A stretch of 64,000 nt of DNA from an uncultured Verrucomicrobiota bacterium (GTDB lineage Bacteria > Verrucomicrobiota > Verrucomicrobiia > Limisphaerales > UBA9464): NCBI GenBank assembly GCA_903916195.1, contig CAIWVP010000148.1, positions 10,396 through 74,395 of the forward strand, written 5' to 3'. Position numbers and translations under genes: made by a program. Position 1 is the first letter of the stretch; the number at the start of each line of letters is the position of its first letter. Below, one piece after another: positions 61,156 to 64,000 of the stretch. Below the pieces are notes generated by a model. That model was not told the DNA's origin. It searched no databases and saw nothing but the letters and a program-made list of their open reading frames with translations.

Positions 61156-62052
61156 ATGCACCCACCGCCCCTCTATCTTCTCCTCCCCTTCTTCGCGGGC
61201 GGCGTGTTCGCGCTAGGTTCCCTGTGCCTGAAGCGCTCGTTCCGCGAAGGCGCGACGATGCCGCTGACGTTGCTCGCGACGAACTGCCTGCTCGGCCTCG
61301 CGTTCCTCCCGTTGCTCGCGGCCGGGAGCGGACCGGTGCCATGGGATCGCTGGTCGTTGCCGTTCCTCACCGGTACGGCCTACTTCGCGGGACAGCTCTT
61401 CAACTTCCTCGCGCTGCGGTCCGGAGACGTCTCACTCGTCACGCCCGTGCTCGGCACCAAGGTCGTCTTCGTCGTGCTGCTCGGATGGATGAGCTTCGGC
61501 ACCGCGCTGCGCCCGGTCCACGGCGTCGCCGCCGTGCTGACCACGGCGGGCGTCTGGTTGATGAGCTCCGGATCCGGGCGATCGGGAGGGCATCCGGTGC
61601 GGACGACCCTGCTCGCGCTGGCGAGCGGCGCGTCGTTCGCGGCCTGCGACCTGATGCTGCAACGGTGGGTAGGACGGCTCGGGCTGACGGCATTCCTCCC
61701 GATGATGTTCGCGTCGGTCGCCGCCATGTCGCTCGGGCTCGTCCCGTGGGTCGGCGCATCGGGTTTCCGTCCGCCGGGGCGCGCCTGGCGATGGATGGCC
61801 GCGGGCGGCGCGCTGACGGCGGCGCAGTCTTTCCTCATCTCCGGCAGCATCGGGTGGTCGCACGACGCGACCGGCGTGAACGTCGTCTACACGCTCCGCG
61901 GCCTCTGGGCGATCGCGCTGGTCTGGTCGGCGGGACGTTGGCTGGGCAACGACGAGCGCGCACAGGCCGGTCCCGGCGTGCTCGCGAGACGATGGGTCGG
62001 CGCCACCGCGATCCTCGGAGCGGTCGTGCTCGCCGCGGCAGCGGCGCGGTGA
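61156..62052 (+). CDS. DMT-superfamily (EamA-like) transporter
   Basis: 298-aa ORF with about ten hydrophobic helices. The two-repeat EamA-like organisation includes FFAGGVFALGSLCLK... and ...LVTPVLGTKVVFVVLLGW. Confidence 0.75.
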   Translation: MHPPPLYLLLPFFAGGVFALGSLCLKRSFREGATMPLTLLATNCLLGLAFLPLLAAGSGPVPWDRWSLPFLTGTAYFAGQLFNFLALRSGDVSLVTPVLGTKVVFVVLLGWMSFGTALRPVHGVAAVLTTAGVWLMSSGSGRSGGHPVRTTLLALASGASFAACDLMLQRWVGRLGLTAFLPMMFASVAAMSLGLVPWVGASGFRPPGRAWRWMAAGGALTAAQSFLISGSIGWSHDATGVNVVYTLRGLWAIALVWSAGRWLGNDERAQAGPGVLARRWVGATAILGAVVLAAAAAR

Positions 62053-62061
62053 GCCGGCCGC

Positions 62062-63192
62062 TCAGCGTTCCGTCGCGAGGAACCGTGCGAGGACGTCCCG
62101 CAACCTCCCGATCGGTTCGCCGCCATGGGCGCTCGAGACGGCGAAGCGGAAGAAATGGGCCGCCGGACCGTTCCGGTAGCGGATCAAGGGCGGGAAGATC
62201 CCCGCGGCGAGAAGACCGCGACGGAGACGCGCCGAGCCCGCCGTTGTCGCTGGTGCCACGCAGAACATCGGCCCGGGCCGCAGGACGGGGTCGGCGTCCG
62301 GACCGGCCAGCACCTCGCGCACGCGCGCCGCGTTGGCGGCGAGCCGGGCCCGGGCCGGGCCGCTGTCCTGCATGACGCGGACCGCTTCCAGCGCCGCGGC
62401 GGCCATCGGAGGAGGCAGCGGCGTCCCGCCGCGGAACGCCCGGCTGGTCGCGAAGGCCGACGCCCGCAACCACCGCGGTCCGAGCACCGCTCCGCCGTGG
62501 CAGCCGAACGCCTTGCTCAAGGTCACGGTGAGCACCACCCGCGACCGGTCGAGGCCCAAGGATTCCACCGCCCCGCGCCCCTTCGGCCCGAGCACACCGG
62601 CCCCGTGCGCGTCATCCACGAGCATCCACGCGTCGGACGGGACCGCCGCGAGATACCGGTCCAACGGCCGGACCGAACCGTCGAGCGGCGAGAGCCCGTG
62701 GGCGAGCACGAGCAGCTTCGCGCCCGCGCCGCAACCGTGCGACGCAGCGGCCAACGCCTCCGGGTCGTCGCGCCGGAACGGGACGACCGGACACCCCAGC
62801 ATCCCGGCCGCGTCGTGGAGACAGCCGTGCGACCCGTCGTCCAGGAGCGCGTGGCTGAACCGGCCCGCCATCGCCTGCGCGGCCACGATCGGCGCCAGGT
62901 AGCCGCTCGGGGTCAGCACCGCGGCTTCGGCGCGGAAGAACCTCGCGAGGCTCTTCTCCAGCTCGCCATACAACGCGAGGTTGCCGGTGGTGGAACGGGA
63001 AGCGGCGGCGTCCAACCCCCACTCATCGATGGCGTCCCTCGCCGCCTGCCGCACGGATGGATGCCACGAGAGCCGCAGGTAATCGCATCCACCGAAGCTC
63101 ACGAGCCGGCGTCCGCGATGCACGACATGCGTCGGATCGACCGCGCGCGGCGATACGGTGGAGGAGGTGTCGTCCATCGGAACGGGGCTCAT
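62062..63192 (-). CDS. PLP-dependent alpha-oxoamine synthase family enzyme (BioF/Kbl/CqsA-like)
   Basis: The track ORF (637 aa) has an Arg-rich spurious extension. The ATG at 63192 forms an ATGA overlap with the kinase stop. Family motifs are LVSFGGCDYLRLS, LVDDAHGAGVLGPKGRG and the PLP-lysine context TLSKAFGCHGGAV. Confidence 0.85.
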   Translation of the reverse strand: MSPVPMDDTSSTVSPRAVDPTHVVHRGRRLVSFGGCDYLRLSWHPSVRQAARDAIDEWGLDAAASRSTTGNLALYGELEKSLARFFRAEAAVLTPSGYLAPIVAAQAMAGRFSHALLDDGSHGCLHDAAGMLGCPVVPFRRDDPEALAAASHGCGAGAKLLVLAHGLSPLDGSVRPLDRYLAAVPSDAWMLVDDAHGAGVLGPKGRGAVESLGLDRSRVVLTVTLSKAFGCHGGAVLGPRWLRASAFATSRAFRGGTPLPPPMAAAALEAVRVMQDSGPARARLAANAARVREVLAGPDADPVLRPGPMFCVAPATTAGSARLRRGLLAAGIFPPLIRYRNGPAAHFFRFAVSSAHGGEPIGRLRDVLARFLATER

Positions 63193-64000
63193 CGTTCCAA
63201 CGGGAACTCGACCCGCACCCGCAGCCCGCCGTCGGCGCCGGGAAGGAACTCGATGCCCGCGGCATCGCCGTAGAGCTGGACGAGCCGCGAGCGCGAGTTC
63301 GCGGTACCGATGCCGCCCTCGGCCGATTTGCCCGGTCCGAGTCCGCGGCCGTTGTCCTCGACCTCCAGCCGGACGCGCCGGCCGGGCAGGATCGCGGCGC
63401 GGAGCGTGATAAGGCCGGGGCGAGTCTGCGGCTCGATGCCGTGCTTGAGAGCGTTCTCGACCAGCGGCTGGAGGATCAGGTTGGGCACCGCGGCGTCGCG
63501 GACGGCATCCTCGATCTCGTGCTTCACGCTCAGCCTTCCGCCGAAGCGGATCTGCTCGAGCTCCAGATACCGGTCGAGGAAGGCGAGCTCGTCGCGGAGC
63601 GGGACGCGCTGGGCATCCGTGCGGTCGAGCGCGTGCCGGAGCAGTTCGCTGAGCTTCACGAGCATCCGGTCCGCCGCGTCCACGTCGCGGTACATCAACG
63701 CGCTGACGCCGTGGAGGGCGTTGAAGAGGAAGTGCGGGTTCAGCTGCATCTGGAGAGCGAGCAACCGCGCCTCGGTGACGTGTTTCTCCAACTCGAGCGT
63801 GCGGCGCTCGCGTTCGCGGAGGCTCTGGTAGAAACCGATGGCGTGGGCCACGGCGACGACGACCCAGTAGACCAGCAGGTTGAAGACGAGCGTCGCGACC
63901 AACGCGTGGCGCAACGTCTCCGCGAACGGACTCCCTTCCATCGCCACGGCCACGCCCGCGCGCAGGAGCATCCACACCAGCGAGAAGAGCAGGCTGGCGA
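63189..64000 (-). CDS. LytS/YehU-type sensor histidine kinase (5' end beyond window)
   Basis: The His_kinase signature is LQMQLNPHFLFNALHGVSALM, and the HATPase_c motifs are LILQPLVENALKHG, DNGRGL and GGIGTANSRSRL. The reading frame stays open and hydrophobic (ASLLFSLVWMLLRAG) to position 64000, so the N-terminal membrane domain is cut off by the window. Confidence 0.8.
   Translation of the reverse strand, partial: ASLLFSLVWMLLRAGVAVAMEGSPFAETLRHALVATLVFNLLVYWVVVAVAHAIGFYQSLRERERRTLELEKHVTEARLLALQMQLNPHFLFNALHGVSALMYRDVDAADRMLVKLSELLRHALDRTDAQRVPLRDELAFLDRYLELEQIRFGGRLSVKHEIEDAVRDAAVPNLILQPLVENALKHGIEPQTRPGLITLRAAILPGRRVRLEVEDNGRGLGPGKSAEGGIGTANSRSRLVQLYGDAAGIEFLPGADGGLRVRVEFPLER

Noticed and set aside
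1-64000. Mobile elements, prophage, toxin-antitoxin or defence systems (restriction-modification, CBASS, retrons, Cas, etc.)
   Set aside because: I saw no transposase, integrase, recombinase, phage structural protein, nuclease/helicase/ATPase defence signature or flanking inverted/direct repeats in any frame. The window appears to be core chromosome with metabolic accessory loci.

Overview
This is a 64-kb, visibly high-G+C bacterial chromosomal segment. I found no rRNA, tRNA, CRISPR array, transposase/integrase or recognisable defence gene. Several protein signatures suggest a PVC-group, Verrucomicrobiota-like organism (inference only): multiple proteins with a prepilin-type N-terminus ([17 protein letters not shown]) and a C-terminal DGH/DGS motif, a membrane-anchored ECF sigma factor, a TPR/FG-GAP/ASPIC protein, and paralogous TonB-dependent receptors. 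I count about 55 credible genes. Most other long ORFs in the track are Arg/Pro/Gly-rich antisense or out-of-frame shadows of real genes. The ORF track also renders GTG/TTG starts as M, so several starts were re-picked. Housekeeping blocks are nfeD-floA (0.1-1.6 kb), valS (4.6-7.3 kb), rplU-rpmA-obg (57.1-59.0 kb) and lolD plus a lolC/E-type permease (59.0-61.0 kb). The core of the window holds three adjacent nitrogen/nucleobase-scavenging modules. (1) At 10.6-33.0 kb lies a self-contained TonB-dependent locus. It encodes a receptor, ExbBD, its own TonB, three NMT1/THI5-type binding proteins and one ABC permease/ATPase. These are interleaved with many unrelated C-N hydrolases: 2 CDA-fold deaminases, an ATZ/TRZ-type amidohydrolase, an amidase, a formamidase, a creatininase-family enzyme, a CocE/NonD hydrolase and RidA. 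It also carries an FAD oxidase, two flavodoxin-like paralogs and a binding-protein::FGE-domain fusion. Ten of its genes are joined by ATGA/GTGA overlaps or gaps of 4 nt or less, and there is no regulator gene. I could not match it to a characterised pathway, and it is my best candidate for an undescribed system. (2) At 37.9-43.4 kb (minus strand) is an operon of a tandem GTP-cyclohydrolase-II-like protein, a double-SIS-like protein, a phosphoribosyltransferase, a DUF3574-type lipoprotein and adenine deaminase. (3) At 43.6-50.8 kb is a second, paralogous TonB-dependent receptor followed by a NUP-family protein, a secreted ADA2-type adenosine deaminase, an AzgA-type purine permease and a lipoprotein nucleosidase. 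Other notable items are listed below:
- An ECF sigma factor whose extracytoplasmic domain looks like a pseudopilin globular domain.
- Perfect 13-bp tandem repeats in the valS/sigma divergent promoter.
- A frameshifted TPR/FG-GAP/ASPIC gene.
- A 5'-truncated histidine kinase.
- An Obg GTPase with a ~75-aa insertion.
- A LytS-type kinase translationally coupled to an AONS/CqsA-family PLP enzyme.
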